Below are positions 9,444 to 19,503 of a stretch of DNA of 64,000 nt, piece after piece. The translations under genes were made by a program, and so were the position numbers. Source of the DNA: an uncultured Lentisphaerales bacterium (GTDB taxonomy: Bacteria; Verrucomicrobiota; Lentisphaeria; JABSQK01; UBA12247); contig CALSSJ010000015.1 in the NCBI GenBank assembly GCA_943788985.1, positions 95,098 through 159,097 of the forward strand. Reading direction: 5' to 3'. The notes below the pieces were generated by a model that was not told where the DNA came from, did no database searches, and worked only from the letters and a program-made list of their open reading frames with translations. The stretch's first letter is position 1; each line of letters opens with the position of its first letter.

Positions 9444-11614
9444 GGCAGGCCTCGGGTTCGGGAAGCGATGAGTTGGCCCACGGCGATACCGCCATCGTTC
9501 GGGGGGACAAGCTGAGGCCAATGTGGCGTAAATCGGGCGTGACGCAAGCTGGCTATTGCCTCGGTAAGTAGCGAGCGGTTTTGGAAGCAGCCGCCGGAGA
9601 GGAGCACGTCTGGTAGCGCTTGGGCCTGAGCGATTTGGACGATGAGGGCGACGAGCGCCCGATGAAACCGCGCGGCGATGGTCCCAGTGGCGGTGCCGGC
9701 ATCGAGGTCGGCGCAGATCGCCCGGATGAGCGGCCGCCAGTCGGCTTGCATGCCGTCGAGCGTGATTGGGTAGGTGTCCTGACCAGGACTAATGGCGTGC
9801 TCCAAGGCCATAGCCGCATGGCCCTCGTATTCTACTTTTTTGATGAGGCCGATGAGGGCGCTGACGGCGTCGAACAGGCGGCCCATGGCACTGCATTGTG
9901 GCGAGTTTAGCCCGGTCGCTAGCTGGGTGTCGAGGATGTGAGTTGCGGACTTCGCAAATCCCAGACGGTGGCAGGGGAGGCCACAGCTTCGCAGCAGGGC
10001 ATAGGCAATACGGTCAGGGGATTGAATGGCTGCCTCGCCGCCGAGCAACGGGAATGGCCGCAAGGTGCTCACGCGCTCACAAAAGCGGTCGCGAATGACA
10101 AAGCTTTCGCCGCCCCAGATGGTCCCGTCATGGCCGTAGCCGGTGCCATCCCAGATGATGGCGAGGCAGGGCTGGGTGAGGCTGTGCTCGGCTACGCCGG
10201 CCCAGGCGTGTGCCTCATGATGCTGGACGCGGACGGTGGGCCTGTCGAGGCGCTCCGCCTCGAGGGTGGTGGCGTAGTCTGGGTGAAGGTCGCAGACAAC
10301 GGTGGGGTGGGCGGGAGCGATGCGATCTCGAAGCTGCTCGTGGGTCTGTCGGGTTGCCAGGGTAGTGAGGTCGCCGATGTGTTGGCTGAGGACGATGCGG
10401 TCACCGCGAGAAGCCGCGAGGGTGTTCTTGAGCTGGCCACCAAGCGCGAGCACGGGCCCGCCAGGTGGCGCGTGGAAGGGGATTGCCTGGGGATAGCCCC
10501 GGGCTCGGCGGATGAGGGTGGCCTTTTCGTCGATGACGATGACGATGGAGTCGTCGAGCGGCTCGACGATGTCGCGGTTGTGCATCAGCCAGGCGTCTGC
10601 GATCTGCGCAAGGCGCGCGATGGCTTCGTCGTTGCTGATGCAGATGGTCTCACCAGAGACGTTGCCGCTGGTGGCGATGAGCGGGCGTTGGAGTTGGTCG
10701 AGCAGCAGGTGGTGAAGGGGGGTGCAGGGAAGCATGGCGCCGATGTGGCTGGATGCGCAACGATGCCGCGGGCGTAGGAGGACGATGGGGGCGGCGGGTG
10801 AGCTGAGAATGGCGCGCTCGCTGGGGGTGACCTGGCAGTGGCGCTCGATGGCTGCTAAATCTGGATAGAGGATCGCCAGCGGTTTGGAGCTGCGACGTTT
10901 GCGCAGGCGTAGGCGCTCGACTGCCTGCGGGTTCTGGGCGTCGACCATGAGTTGGAAGCCGCCTATGCCTTTGAAGGCGAGGATCTGGCCAGCTTCGAGG
11001 GTGGCGCAGGCCGCCTCGAGTGGATTGCCGCCGTGGGGGCCCCGGTAGTGGAGGCTTGGCCCGCAAGTGGGACAGGCGTTGGTCTGGGAGTGAAACCTGC
11101 GGTCGGTGGGGCTGCGTGTTTCGCTCTGGCAAGCAAGACATTGGGCGAAGGCGGACATGGAGGAGGAGGCGCGATCCCACGGCAGTTCCAAGCAGATACT
11201 CTGGCGTGGCCCGCACTGGGTGCAGCTAATGAAGGAATAGCCGTGGCGCCGATCGGCAGGATTGCGGAGTTCGCAAAGGCAGGCGGGGCAGGTGGCGAGG
11301 TCGGGGGGGAGGTCGGTGGTGATGGCACCATCGGTGCTCTGGAGGATCCGAAAGTCGCTGGCATGGCGTGGGGGGGCGGGGGTGATGGTTACGCTGGTGA
11401 TGTGCGCGTGCTGCGGTGGTCGCTGCTGGAGGTTATCGGCAAACGCCCGCAGGGCAGCGGGCGCGCCCTCGACGGTAATCGAGAGGCCGTCTGCGGTGTT
11501 GCGCACTTGGCCACAGAGCTGGAGCTGGGTGGCTTGGGTGTGAATCCATGGCCGAAAGCCGACGCCCTGGACCACGCCAGTGACGCGGACATCGCAGCTC
11601 TGGATTTCACTCAT
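9434..11614 (-). CDS. hypF: Carbamoyltransferase HypF
   Basis: Acylphosphatase GVVQGVGFRP, Zn fingers, KGIGGF, TSGN, QHHEAH, DGTGYG, LSGGCFQN, PPNDGG. Confidence 0.95.
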   Translation of the reverse strand: MSEIQSCDVRVTGVVQGVGFRPWIHTQATQLQLCGQVRNTADGLSITVEGAPAALRAFADNLQQRPPQHAHITSVTITPAPPRHASDFRILQSTDGAITTDLPPDLATCPACLCELRNPADRRHGYSFISCTQCGPRQSICLELPWDRASSSMSAFAQCLACQSETRSPTDRRFHSQTNACPTCGPSLHYRGPHGGNPLEAACATLEAGQILAFKGIGGFQLMVDAQNPQAVERLRLRKRRSSKPLAILYPDLAAIERHCQVTPSERAILSSPAAPIVLLRPRHRCASSHIGAMLPCTPLHHLLLDQLQRPLIATSGNVSGETICISNDEAIARLAQIADAWLMHNRDIVEPLDDSIVIVIDEKATLIRRARGYPQAIPFHAPPGGPVLALGGQLKNTLAASRGDRIVLSQHIGDLTTLATRQTHEQLRDRIAPAHPTVVCDLHPDYATTLEAERLDRPTVRVQHHEAHAWAGVAEHSLTQPCLAIIWDGTGYGHDGTIWGGESFVIRDRFCERVSTLRPFPLLGGEAAIQSPDRIAYALLRSCGLPCHRLGFAKSATHILDTQLATGLNSPQCSAMGRLFDAVSALIGLIKKVEYEGHAAMALEHAISPGQDTYPITLDGMQADWRPLIRAICADLDAGTATGTIAARFHRALVALIVQIAQAQALPDVLLSGGCFQNRSLLTEAIASLRHARFTPHWPQLVPPNDGGIAVGQLIASRTRGLPCV

Positions 11615-11638
11615 GCTTGGCGGAGTCCGAGGATGGGG

Positions 11639-12046
11639 TCATGCATCTTTTGCGATCTCCGCAATGACGGCCTGGGCGGCTTGGAGAACTGCTGGCGAGA
11701 GGTCTTGACCAAGGTCGAATGTCTGGCCTTCGATGCCGTAGAGGCGCAGGTCGGTAGGGAGTTGGCCGAGGGCGCGTAGACGCTCAATGGCCTCGGCAAT
11801 GTTGAAGTCGCCGGGGATGGTGGTTCGGTGGGCGTCGATGCGGTGAATAGTGCCCGGTTCGTGCTGAAGGGGCACGGCGTGTACCAGGCAGGCTTTTGGG
11901 TGGGCCTGTAGTAGCTCAAGGAGTTCTGTGCCCTCTGCAGAGACTTCGGTGACGATGAGGCCGGGCCGCAAGTGCGCGACGGCCCTAGCTAGGTAATGGC
12001 CGACACCATCGTCGCTGCGCAGTCTGTTGCCAACGCTGATGATCAT
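11639..12046 (-). CDS. Hydrogenase maturation protease-like protein (degenerate)
   Basis: GNRLRSDDGVG, LYGIEG, LSPAV; usual VDA reads VHA and the STH segment is absent. Confidence 0.8.
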   Translation of the reverse strand: MIISVGNRLRSDDGVGHYLARAVAHLRPGLIVTEVSAEGTELLELLQAHPKACLVHAVPLQHEPGTIHRIDAHRTTIPGDFNIAEAIERLRALGQLPTDLRLYGIEGQTFDLGQDLSPAVLQAAQAVIAEIAKDA

Positions 12047-12148
12047 GTGCGCGCTGCACAGGCGACCGAGGCTTGTTGCCAGTAGCCTGTTTTTTGCAGG
12101 GCCAAGACCTATACCTACTGTGATCGAGATGGTCGGTCATGGCTGCGA

Positions 12149-13156
12149 TTACTGATCTGCATCGGGGGTGGAGAGTTCCTCGAGGACTTCGAGGTAGTTC
12201 GCGCGCTCGAAGTCGCCGGGGGTGGCCGAGGCGGATCTGCTCAGCAAGCCCTGGAGGCTTCGTACTGACTCGTGCCCATAGTCGAGAATCAGCTCCTCCA
12301 AGCTCTCGCGCAGGACGCGCACCTGATCTACGCCATGACGAAGCAGAGAGCCCGCCACCATGACAGCATCTGCACCTACGAGGAGATACTTCATGACCTG
12401 CTCGGCGGTTTCGACGCCGCGTCCGCCTGCGAGAGAGCAGATGATCATGTCGCGAAGCATCCCGATCCAGAGTAGCGGCAGGCGAATCTCATCGGGAGTG
12501 CTGGGGGCGAGATTGCGGTCGACCGATAGCCGGCTGAGGTCAATGTCTGGCTGGTAGAAGCGATTAAACAGCACGAGTGAATCTGCCCCTGCTGCATCGA
12601 AGCGGATTGCGATGTTCGCAAAGGATGTAAAGAACGGACTCAGCTTGAGGGCTATTGGGATATTTACGGCGCGCTTGACAGTCTTGAGGGTATCGAGATA
12701 CTGGCTCTCGATATTCACGGCGGGCTGGTCGGGGTCGGCTGCGACCCGGTAGAGGTTGAGTTCCACAGCATCGGCGCCGGCTTGTTCGATTTGTCTGGCG
12801 TAGTTTGCCCAGCCTTGGAAGGTGCAGCCATTCAGGCTGGCGATGATTGGGATGTCCACGGCCTGTTTGGCCGCGACAATGTGGGAGAGATACTGGTCTG
12901 GACCCACGGGCCTGGCGATGGGAGGCAGATACCTTGCTGCCTCGGCGGGTGCATTACCTGCGAGATCCAGGGCGCGGGCGACTGCGGCACGATCGCGCGA
13001 GACTTGCTCCTCGAACAGGGAGTAGAGCACGACTGCTCCGGCCCCTGCGTCCTCCATTTTTTTGATGCTGTCGAGCGAGCGTGAGAGCGGGCACGCCGAT
13101 ACGATGATCGGGCAGCTCAATTCGAGATTCATATAACGTGTTGAAAGATCGGTCAT
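12149..13156 (-). CDS. Dihydroorotate dehydrogenase-like flavoprotein
   Basis: GAGAVVLYSLFEEQ, IPIIASLNG, KLSPFF, LVLFNRFYQPDID; RBS AGGAG before ATG 13156. Confidence 0.88.
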   Translation of the reverse strand: MTDLSTRYMNLELSCPIIVSACPLSRSLDSIKKMEDAGAGAVVLYSLFEEQVSRDRAAVARALDLAGNAPAEAARYLPPIARPVGPDQYLSHIVAAKQAVDIPIIASLNGCTFQGWANYARQIEQAGADAVELNLYRVAADPDQPAVNIESQYLDTLKTVKRAVNIPIALKLSPFFTSFANIAIRFDAAGADSLVLFNRFYQPDIDLSRLSVDRNLAPSTPDEIRLPLLWIGMLRDMIICSLAGGRGVETAEQVMKYLLVGADAVMVAGSLLRHGVDQVRVLRESLEELILDYGHESVRSLQGLLSRSASATPGDFERANYLEVLEELSTPDADQ

Positions 13157-13193
13157 GCCAAGTCTCCTGCCATCCAATTGCTGATTTGGTATA

Positions 13194-13209
13194 AGCAGAT
13201 TCCGTGCCC
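13194..13209 (-). promoter_or_regulatory. Candidate sigma-54 (-24/-12) promoter for the DHOD-like/hyp operon
   Basis: Minus strand GGGCACG-GAAT-CTGCT with GG-N10-GC spacing, about 40 bp upstream of the ATG. Confidence 0.55.
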
Positions 13210-13350
13210 ACTGCGTTCAGGTAGAAGCCTTGTGCGAAATCGGACGGTTGCCGAAAGGGGGTCTCCGTTCTGCGGATCGCGGCAGAGTGCGGAATAAAAT
13301 TGCTGGCAGTAAGGACCTGTCGCGATATGTTCCCCCAAGTTCGCAAAATA

Positions 13351-14550
13351 ATGAGTCGCGCGATGAAAGATGAACAGGGCGAGTACCAGGCAGGGGCGTT
13401 TCACGAGATGTTTGCTCGTGGCCGTGCTTCGGGGCGCCTGCGCCTGACGCGCGAGGGCGTGGCTTTCAGCAACGACCAAGGCTCGGTTCTACTGCCGATG
13501 TCAGGGCTCAAAGTGGAATTGGGCGGGGCGAGCGATCGGCTCGTGTTTTTTAAGTCTGCAGCAGAGCCGGCTTGGTCCGTGTACACGTCTGATCGGGATA
13601 TTTTGAAGGATCCAAGCCTGGAGATTTCACTGGCAGATCGGCAGGCGATTAGCAAGACGCGGAGCCTTGCCAAGCTCGCCTGGGTGGCAGCGGTGGGGTT
13701 AGTCCTGGCGGCGGGACTCGTGACGCTGCTACTCTGGTCGCAGCGGGCTTTGCTGAGCGGCTGGCTGGCGAGCAAGATTCCGGCCGAGCAGGAGGCCAAG
13801 CTTGGTGAACTTATCGCCGAGCAGTTCGCGGGCTCGAAACGAGTGCTGAGCGAGGATGAGGATCTGGCAGGCGACTGGGGGGCGATGTTGGCACCACTGC
13901 TAGAGGGCGTGGATGGGAATCGCTATGATTATGATATTGTGCTGATCGAGGACTCGGTGCCGAACGCGTTCGCGCTACCGGGCGGCAAGATTTTCGTCCA
14001 TAGTGGGCTGCTGCTGCAGGCAGAACGCCCCGAGGAAGTGCTGGGGGTGGTGGCGCATGAGATCGCGCACGTGAACCTGCAGCATGGCACGCGGGCTGTA
14101 CTCGAGACGGTGACGCTGGTGGTGGTTGTGCAGGCGCTAATCGGCGACTTTTCTGGGGTGATCGCGCTGGCAGCGGAGGGCGGCGTGGCGCTGTTGACAA
14201 AGGCGCACTCGCGCGATGCCGAACGTGAGGCCGATGAGGTGGGCTGGGGCTATATGATGAAGGCGGGCCTGGATCCGGCCGCCATGATTTCGTTGTTTGA
14301 GAAGCTGGGGGAACTGCAGGAAGTCCATGAAGGATTGGAAGATGCTATCGCCTGGATCTCGACGCACCCAACCACCGACGAGCGGGTCGCGACGCTGGAA
14401 GGAAAACGCGATGCGCTCACTGAGGAATACGCGCCGCTGGTATTCGATTTCGAGTCGTTTCTGACGCGCGTTCGCGGCGTGCTGTTGAACCCTGAGGATG
14501 ATGAGTCCCCCACCGAGAATAGAGAGGAGTCTGATGAACACACACATTGA
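13351..14550 (+). CDS. M48 family zinc metallopeptidase
   Basis: NAFALPGG, HEIAH, SRDAEREAD, STHP; one TM segment. Confidence 0.9.
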   Translation: MSRAMKDEQGEYQAGAFHEMFARGRASGRLRLTREGVAFSNDQGSVLLPMSGLKVELGGASDRLVFFKSAAEPAWSVYTSDRDILKDPSLEISLADRQAISKTRSLAKLAWVAAVGLVLAAGLVTLLLWSQRALLSGWLASKIPAEQEAKLGELIAEQFAGSKRVLSEDEDLAGDWGAMLAPLLEGVDGNRYDYDIVLIEDSVPNAFALPGGKIFVHSGLLLQAERPEEVLGVVAHEIAHVNLQHGTRAVLETVTLVVVVQALIGDFSGVIALAAEGGVALLTKAHSRDAEREADEVGWGYMMKAGLDPAAMISLFEKLGELQEVHEGLEDAIAWISTHPTTDERVATLEGKRDALTEEYAPLVFDFESFLTRVRGVLLNPEDDESPTENREESDEHTH

Positions 14551-15193
14551 AGGATCGCCATCCTTTGCCTACATCCAGGTAGACCTTGAGCCTGGGGAGT
14601 CCGTGATCGCCGAGTCCAACGCGATGGCCAGCATGGCTGGTGATATCGATCTGGACACGAAGTTTAATGGTGGATTTATGCGGGGCCTGCTGCGCAAATT
14701 TTTGGGCGGAGAGTCGCTGTTTGTGAATCATTTCACCAACAACCAGGCCGAGGCCCGCCGGATCACATTGGTGCAGCCGAATCCCGGTGATATTCACGAA
14801 CTAGAGCTGAACGGCGATTCGTTCTGCTTGCAACCGGGCGCATACATCTGCTCTAGCCCGGATGTGGAGCTGGGGCTGCAATGGGCGGGCCTTCGTTCTG
14901 GAATCTCGCGCGAGGGCTTTTTCCGGCTGAAGCTGTCGGGGCACGGGACTGTGTGGTACGGCGCCTACGGTGGGATGATCACACGGCAGATCGATGGCGA
15001 GTACATCGTGGATACGAGTCATCTTGTGGGCTACGAACCGCAGATCAACCTGAAGCTCCAGCTGGCGGGCGGCCTTTTCTCCAGCTTTTTCGGGGGCGAG
15101 GGCTTGGTGACACGCGTAGAAGGTAAGGGCAAGATTGTGATTCAAACCCGCAGCCTCAGTGGACTGCGCGACTATATGAACCCGAGGATCTGA
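14534..15193 (+). CDS. AIM24 / TIGR00266 family protein 1
   Basis: AESNAMASM, GGESLFVN, VDTSHLVG, GGEGLV, QTRS. Confidence 0.9.
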   Translation: MNTHIEGSPSFAYIQVDLEPGESVIAESNAMASMAGDIDLDTKFNGGFMRGLLRKFLGGESLFVNHFTNNQAEARRITLVQPNPGDIHELELNGDSFCLQPGAYICSSPDVELGLQWAGLRSGISREGFFRLKLSGHGTVWYGAYGGMITRQIDGEYIVDTSHLVGYEPQINLKLQLAGGLFSSFFGGEGLVTRVEGKGKIVIQTRSLSGLRDYMNPRI

Positions 15194-15195
15194 TC

Positions 15196-15873
15196 ATGGA
15201 AGTTGAATTGATGCACCAACCTGGGAATTCTGCAGCCCGGATGATCATTCCTGCAGGGGAAACGGTAACGGCGGAGGCCGGGGCAATGATCTCGATGAGC
15301 AGTGATGTGCAGATCGAGACCACCACGCACAAGCGCGGCAAGGGCGGCGTGATGAAAGCATTGCGGCGGATACTGTCTGGCGAATCGATGTTTCTGAACC
15401 ACTTCACACCCGGCGCGAATGGCGGAGAAGTGATCGTGGCGGCAACGCTGGCCGGCGATATGATGGTCTACGACTTGGACGACGAGGAATTGGTCGTGCA
15501 GTCTGGATCGTTCGTTGCTTGCGAAGAGCAGCTAGACGTGGACATGAACTGGCAGGGCTTCAAGTCGCTTCTGAGCGGCGAGTCCGTGTTTTGGCTGCGT
15601 ATTCGTGGCACAGGAAAAGTGGTTCTCAGTTCATTCGGGGCGATCTATCAGCTATCGGTGGACAGCGAGCAAATCGTGGACACGGGCCACATTGTGGCCT
15701 TCAATGAGACGTTGGACTTCACGATCTCGAAGGCTGGCAAGAGCTGGCTGCAATCGATCCTCGGAGGAGAGGGCTTTGTCTGCCGGTTCAACGGCCGCGG
15801 TACGGTCTGGTGCCAATCCCACAATGCCAGCTCGTTTGGCCGCAACCTCGGGCCAATGCTGAAACCACGCTAG
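15196..15873 (+). CDS. AIM24 / TIGR00266 family protein 2
   Basis: AEAGAMISM, SGESMFLN, VDTGHIVAF, GGEGFVCRF. Confidence 0.9.
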   Translation: MEVELMHQPGNSAARMIIPAGETVTAEAGAMISMSSDVQIETTTHKRGKGGVMKALRRILSGESMFLNHFTPGANGGEVIVAATLAGDMMVYDLDDEELVVQSGSFVACEEQLDVDMNWQGFKSLLSGESVFWLRIRGTGKVVLSSFGAIYQLSVDSEQIVDTGHIVAFNETLDFTISKAGKSWLQSILGGEGFVCRFNGRGTVWCQSHNASSFGRNLGPMLKPR

Positions 15874-15883
15874 GAGAGCGATC

Positions 15884-16572
15884 ATGAGAGACGATACAAG
15901 TGAGTTTGAGTTCGAGGTTTCCTGTAAGCCTGACTTTGCGTATTTGAACGTACAGGTCCCGGAGGGCGTGACGCTGAAGGTGGAGTCCTCCGCCATGGCC
16001 TGCATGGATACGAACATGAAGATGAAGACCAAGATGCGTGGCGGCCTCGGGCGCATGTTCACGGGGGAGTCTTTGTTCATTAATGAGTTTACGGCCGAGG
16101 GTGCGCCTGCCGAGATTGGCATCGCGCCAGGAGCGCCGGGGATCTGGCGCATGTCTACCTGGAAGGCGGTGACGATGAGATCTATCTGCAGAATTCCGGC
16201 TACGTGGCATCCAGTGTCGGCGTGGATCTGGCGACCAAGTGGCAAGGGCTGGTGAAGGGATTTTTCGGGGGCGAAGGGCTGTTTCTGGTGAAGGCGACCG
16301 GAACGGGGGATCTGTGGTTTTCGACCTTTGGGGCCATGATCGAAGTGGACGTGGAAGACGAGTACGTGGTGGACACGGCCTACATCGTGGCCTTTACCGC
16401 GGGCTTGGACTACAAGGTCTCCCGCGTTGGTGGCTACAAGTCCTTGTTCCTCTCTGGAGAAGGCTTTGTCGCCCGCTTCAGCGGCCAGGGCAAGCTCTGG
16501 ATTCAGACGCGGCAGTTGCCTGCGTTCGGCGCTTGGGTTTTGCCATTCCGGCCGGTGAAGGACCCGGGGTAG
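15884..16572 (+). pseudogene. AIM24 / TIGR00266 family protein 3, one frameshift at about 16140
   Basis: Adding one G to GGGG (16138-16141) joins ORFs 15884 and 16204 into APGDLAHVYLEGG...GYVASS; may be a sequencing error. Confidence 0.8.
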
Positions 16573-16655
16573 GTGCGTTTCACGTTGCTCCTGGCCGTTA
16601 CATTGGCGTCGCACCGGAAGACGGGGACGGAGACTTCGTGCCCCCGCCACCACAC

Positions 16656-18044
16656 TCACCCCTCTAACACAGCTGTCCCTGCCCCAGAATAATTCAGCAG
16701 TGCCGCGGGGTTGCTGTGCGGCACAAGGTCTGGCGAATCAGAATCGCAGCGGAGGTAGACTGCCCCAAACGAAATGTCGCGTGCTTCCGGACAGGCCTGT
16801 GGGTTGAAGATCTCCTGCGTACCGGAGGCGGCAAAGGGAATAGGACGAATACAGGACTTCGGGCCGACGGACAGCAGGTACTCTGGGTGGGCGCCGCCCG
16901 GCACATAGTCGAGATAGATATTCTCGAAGTGCAGGCCCGTAGCGTGCTCGCAGAGCTCGAAAACCGCGGTCTTGGACTTGTCCATGTGGTGGGTCAGGTC
17001 GAGGGGGACCACATGGATGTCGTCGAAGTACAGCTCTGCTACCTGCCCGAGGTCGGCAGAGTAGTCATCTTGGATGCAGCGGATGTTCGGTTGGTCGTAG
17101 ATCTTGAAGGTGTGGCAGTTGCGAATGTTCGAGAAGATGCAGCGTGCGATATCACACGCCTCGGTGGCGCCATCCGGGTATGTTTTTACGCCGGGGAGAA
17201 TGCGGATGGCGCAGGAACCAGCTGTGACGTTGGCGTCTTGTACGAGGATGTCGGTGATGCTGCCGAAGGTCAGGCTGGAGGTACGCCAGTCCCAGGCATT
17301 GAGCGCGACTACGTCGTCGCCGGCGAGCGGGCCGTTGACTTCGCGAATGACGCCAAATTCCGCTGGCCCTTCGACGTGCACCCCGTCCTTGGTCCCGTCC
17401 ACGCAGAAATTGTCGACCAGGAAACGCCTCGCGTTGCCGATCTGCACGCCAAACGAGGAGTTGTCTTTGACGGTCACGCCGCGAATGGTCACGTCTTCGA
17501 CGTTGCTGAGTACGATTGCCCCTTGCGAGCCGAGCATGAGGCCCTTTTTCCCCTTGCGGAAGCCCTGCGGTCCGGCGCCGTTGTTCTTCTGGTCTGACCA
17601 GATGCCGCCTTCGATGAGAATATTCCGGTCGGCGCCCTGGCACAGCTCGACGGGGCCCTGCTGGCCGGAGACCAGGTTGCGGTTGCGAATTAGGCAGTAC
17701 TCGACGTCGCCGCTGATCATCCGGATCTCTGTGCGAGGATGCGCGACGATGCGAGCGCCGCTGCCGATGACAATGGACCGGTCCAGATAGAGCGGTTCGG
17801 CCATTTCTGGGATGTAGACGGCGTTGTTCTCGGCCAATGAGGCGTCGATAGCATCCGACCAGACGCGGCCGGAGATCTCGAAGGACTCGACCTCGAGCTC
17901 TCGTTTTGTAGGATTCCAGCGCTGCTGCCAGGTGCGGTCTTGGACCAAGTGGGCATATTCGGGTAACGGCCGGATCGGCGAGGCATCTCGAGGAATTTCC
18001 GCGACTGCTTTCTCGATCTGCGCCTGCAAGATTTCTTTGTTCAT
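16656..18044 (-). CDS. Pectin-lyase-like beta-helix protein (GH28-like)
   Basis: VEDVTIRGVTV, DGVHVEGPA, GDDVVALNAWDW, GSITDILVQD; start taken at MNKEIL. Confidence 0.6.
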   Translation of the reverse strand: MNKEILQAQIEKAVAEIPRDASPIRPLPEYAHLVQDRTWQQRWNPTKRELEVESFEISGRVWSDAIDASLAENNAVYIPEMAEPLYLDRSIVIGSGARIVAHPRTEIRMISGDVEYCLIRNRNLVSGQQGPVELCQGADRNILIEGGIWSDQKNNGAGPQGFRKGKKGLMLGSQGAIVLSNVEDVTIRGVTVKDNSSFGVQIGNARRFLVDNFCVDGTKDGVHVEGPAEFGVIREVNGPLAGDDVVALNAWDWRTSSLTFGSITDILVQDANVTAGSCAIRILPGVKTYPDGATEACDIARCIFSNIRNCHTFKIYDQPNIRCIQDDYSADLGQVAELYFDDIHVVPLDLTHHMDKSKTAVFELCEHATGLHFENIYLDYVPGGAHPEYLLSVGPKSCIRPIPFAASGTQEIFNPQACPEARDISFGAVYLRCDSDSPDLVPHSNPAALLNYSGAGTAVLEG

Positions 18045-18355
18045 TTTTCTTCCTATCGTTCTCTCATCATCTGCCAGGGACGACGTGCAAGATTCTATCC
18101 CGGACGAAAAACTGGCATTCCAGCCAGAGATGGTGTGTCCAAGTCCTCTACGGCCACCAAGAAGGCTACAACCAAAAGAAGCCAGACTAGACGTCTCGGC
18201 CTTATCAATGTACTCTCCAGCAACCATCGTCAAGTGGACAATATCAACTTATGGCTCCCGCCGAAATGTAACGTCACTTCGGCGCGGGCCCTTAATGAAA
18301 CGGACCATAGTCGCGGCCTCTCTGGCGATCGACTGCTTGTTTGATACTTGAGCCA

Positions 18356-19501
18356 TTAGGGACGGGGAGCTAACCTCGCATACGCGGCGGCGGCGGCCTC
18401 CCAGCAGAAGTGCTTCTGCACGTGCTTGCGGGCTGCGGGCCCGTAGCCTTTGCGGCTCTCAAGCAGCTCTCTGATTCCGGCTGCCAGCGCTGCCGCGTCT
18501 TCTGCCGGGACGAGGCAGCCGTTCTCGCCATCCACGACGATGTCTTCGCTCCCGGAGACCTGCGTCGCGACCACTGGCAGTCCGCAGGCCATTGCCTCCA
18601 GCAGGGCATTCGGCAGGCCCTCGGCGCGAGAGGGAAAGACGAAGCCGTCGGCCCCCTGATAGGCTGCTGGCAGTGCGGCGCGTTCACACCAGCCGGAAAA
18701 CTCTACTCGGCCTGCCAGCCCGAGCTGTTGGGCCTGCGCCGTCAGCGCCGCTAGCTCCGGGCCATCGCCCACAATTTTCAGCGTCCAGTCGAGCTCCTTG
18801 AGCGTAGACAGCGCCTCCAACAACACATCCAGGCCCTTCTCGAACGAGAGCCGTCCGACATACAGCAACCGACCGTTGGGCGCTTCCGATCTAGCGGGCG
18901 GGCAGTACACTGCGGTGTCGACGCCGCTTGGGATGATCGAGATTTGCGTCTGGAGATCCGCTTTGCGGGCCATGTCAGCCAGGCCTGCGGAGTTCGCAAC
19001 TACGGCTGTAGCGCGGCGCCAGAGGAAGCGGATAAACGGCGCTGTGAGCTGGTGCTGGCGGCGTAGTTGCTGCGGCTGCATCCCCGGGACATCGCCACCA
19101 CGCAACGAGACCACGTATGGCACGCCGCGAATCAGCCGTAGCCACCACGCCGCGGGTCCGCCAGGAATACCAAAATAGGCGATTGTGAGATCGGGTCGCC
19201 AGCCGCGAGTTACCGACAACACGCCGGTTCCGGAGCTGAGCATGAAGGTCAGCATCTCGAACACTGAACAGCGCTCGACCGCGCCGCGCATCACCGGAAT
19301 CCGCCGGATGTGGTAGCCGTCTACCGTCTCATTGCGCGGCTGTCCCCGAAAGCGCGAGCTGAGCACACGCACGTCGTGCCCCTGGCGGGCCAACTCGCGA
19401 GCCGTGTGCATGGTGGCGTTTCCAGCACCGCCGCCGAGCGGGGGAAACTCGTAGTTGATCAGCAGAAATCGCTTCGCCACTGCACCCTCAGATTTAGACA
19501 T
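18356..19501 (-). CDS. Glycosyltransferase family 4
   Basis: NYEFPPLGGGAG, YVGRLSFEKG, EGLPNALLEAMACGLP. Confidence 0.92.
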   Translation of the reverse strand: MSKSEGAVAKRFLLINYEFPPLGGGAGNATMHTARELARQGHDVRVLSSRFRGQPRNETVDGYHIRRIPVMRGAVERCSVFEMLTFMLSSGTGVLSVTRGWRPDLTIAYFGIPGGPAAWWLRLIRGVPYVVSLRGGDVPGMQPQQLRRQHQLTAPFIRFLWRRATAVVANSAGLADMARKADLQTQISIIPSGVDTAVYCPPARSEAPNGRLLYVGRLSFEKGLDVLLEALSTLKELDWTLKIVGDGPELAALTAQAQQLGLAGRVEFSGWCERAALPAAYQGADGFVFPSRAEGLPNALLEAMACGLPVVATQVSGSEDIVVDGENGCLVPAEDAAALAAGIRELLESRKGYGPAARKHVQKHFCWEAAAAAYARLAPRP

Positions 19502-19503
19502 GA

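Noticed and set aside
7195..11779. Long alternative-frame and antisense ORFs over the hyp genes
   Set aside because: Shadow ORFs typical of high-GC coding DNA, with no recognisable motifs.
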